This document shows positions 63,401 through 64,000 of a stretch of 64,000 nucleotides of DNA, one piece after another. Position 1 is the stretch's first letter. The number at the start of each line of letters is the position of its first letter. Under the pieces are notes generated by a model. The model did not search any database, had not been told where the DNA came from, and saw only the letters and a program-made list of their open reading frames with translations. The stretch lies in assembly GCA_951406725.2 (NCBI GenBank), contig OX597814.1:166036001-166100000 (forward strand). The letters run 5' to 3'. Source of the stretch: Octopus vulgaris (Eukaryota). A program made the position numbers and the translations under genes.

Positions 63401-63955
63401 AGGCGAATTCTGGTTTAAGCACCCTATATAACCTGCCATAACCTTTTTTTTAATTTTTGGAATTTTCAGAAAGTTCCTGCACACGGGAAGTCATGCGATC
63501 ATGAAAAAAAAAAAAATTTTTTTTAAGTCTTTAATCCCCTTACCCCCATAAATCCTAAAAGTCCCCTTCTTTTTCGAATTTTTTTTTTAAACCAGAGATT
63601 ACAATGGGGACAGTCCGAATTGTTTGCTTAAATCACAGCAATGGACAACCTTTGGGTACATCATCATTCCGTTAAATGTTTTTATGGGGAGAAAAATATT
63701 GAGAAACATCAATACACGTCAGAGTGGCAAAACAAAAAATAATAAAAACGAGGAAGATATCAGGTGGTCGTGAGACGTGTTAAAACAAAGGCTAAATTGC
63801 TCTTAATCACTCACACGCGCGCGCGCACATACAAATTTCATAATCGAAAGAATTATCGCGTTTAGAATATAAATTTGCAAAATTTTTCTGAAAATTCCAA
63901 GACTTAAAAAATAATTGAGAGGAGTTACAAAGGGTGCTTAAACCAGAATTCCGCC
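63401..63955. mobile_element. Related MITE (TTAA-AGGCGAATTCTGGTTTAAGCACCCT TIR)
   Basis: Inverted ends GGCGAATTCTGGTTTAAGCACCCT / AGGGTGCTTAAACCAGAATTCCGCC, similar to the 17182 element. Confidence 0.65.
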
Positions 63956-64000
63956 GGTACCAGAAACATTGATCGGATTGGGCATTTTGATAAATCAAAG

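Overview
AT-rich, repeat-dense eukaryotic genomic DNA. The SINE families are ones I recognise from Octopus genomes, so the source is probably an octopus (inferred, not proven). Most of the window is one minus-strand gene, TMEM104 (SLC38A12-like amino-acid transporter family). I reconstructed 10 coding exons from 48485 to 3160 by hand: all introns are GT-AG, phases are consistent, and the CDS is 1455 nt (484 aa), including two micro-exons of 38 and 31 nt. A second, probably two-exon minus-strand gene (62731-62522 joined to 57739-57503, 148 aa) carries the N-terminal motif of PTCD3/mS39 but no PPR body. The rest is transposon-derived: several tRNA-derived SINE families, CR1-, RTE-, R4/Dong- and Tx1/L1-like LINE remnants, Tigger, mariner and DD41D remnants, piggyBac/hAT/Kolobok-like MITEs, a complete non-autonomous Helitron and solo-LTR-like elements. 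Most notable: (1) a head-to-head palindrome at 28.27-28.71 kb whose unit is a tRNA-like Pol III head + (AAT)n + a minimal Penelope-type hammerhead ribozyme; (2) a TSD-flanked ORF1(gag)-only retroelement that shares its 3' stem-loop tail with a local SINE subfamily; (3) long near-perfect hairpins close to several TMEM104 exons. Almost all other entries in the ORF track are spurious frames in repeats.
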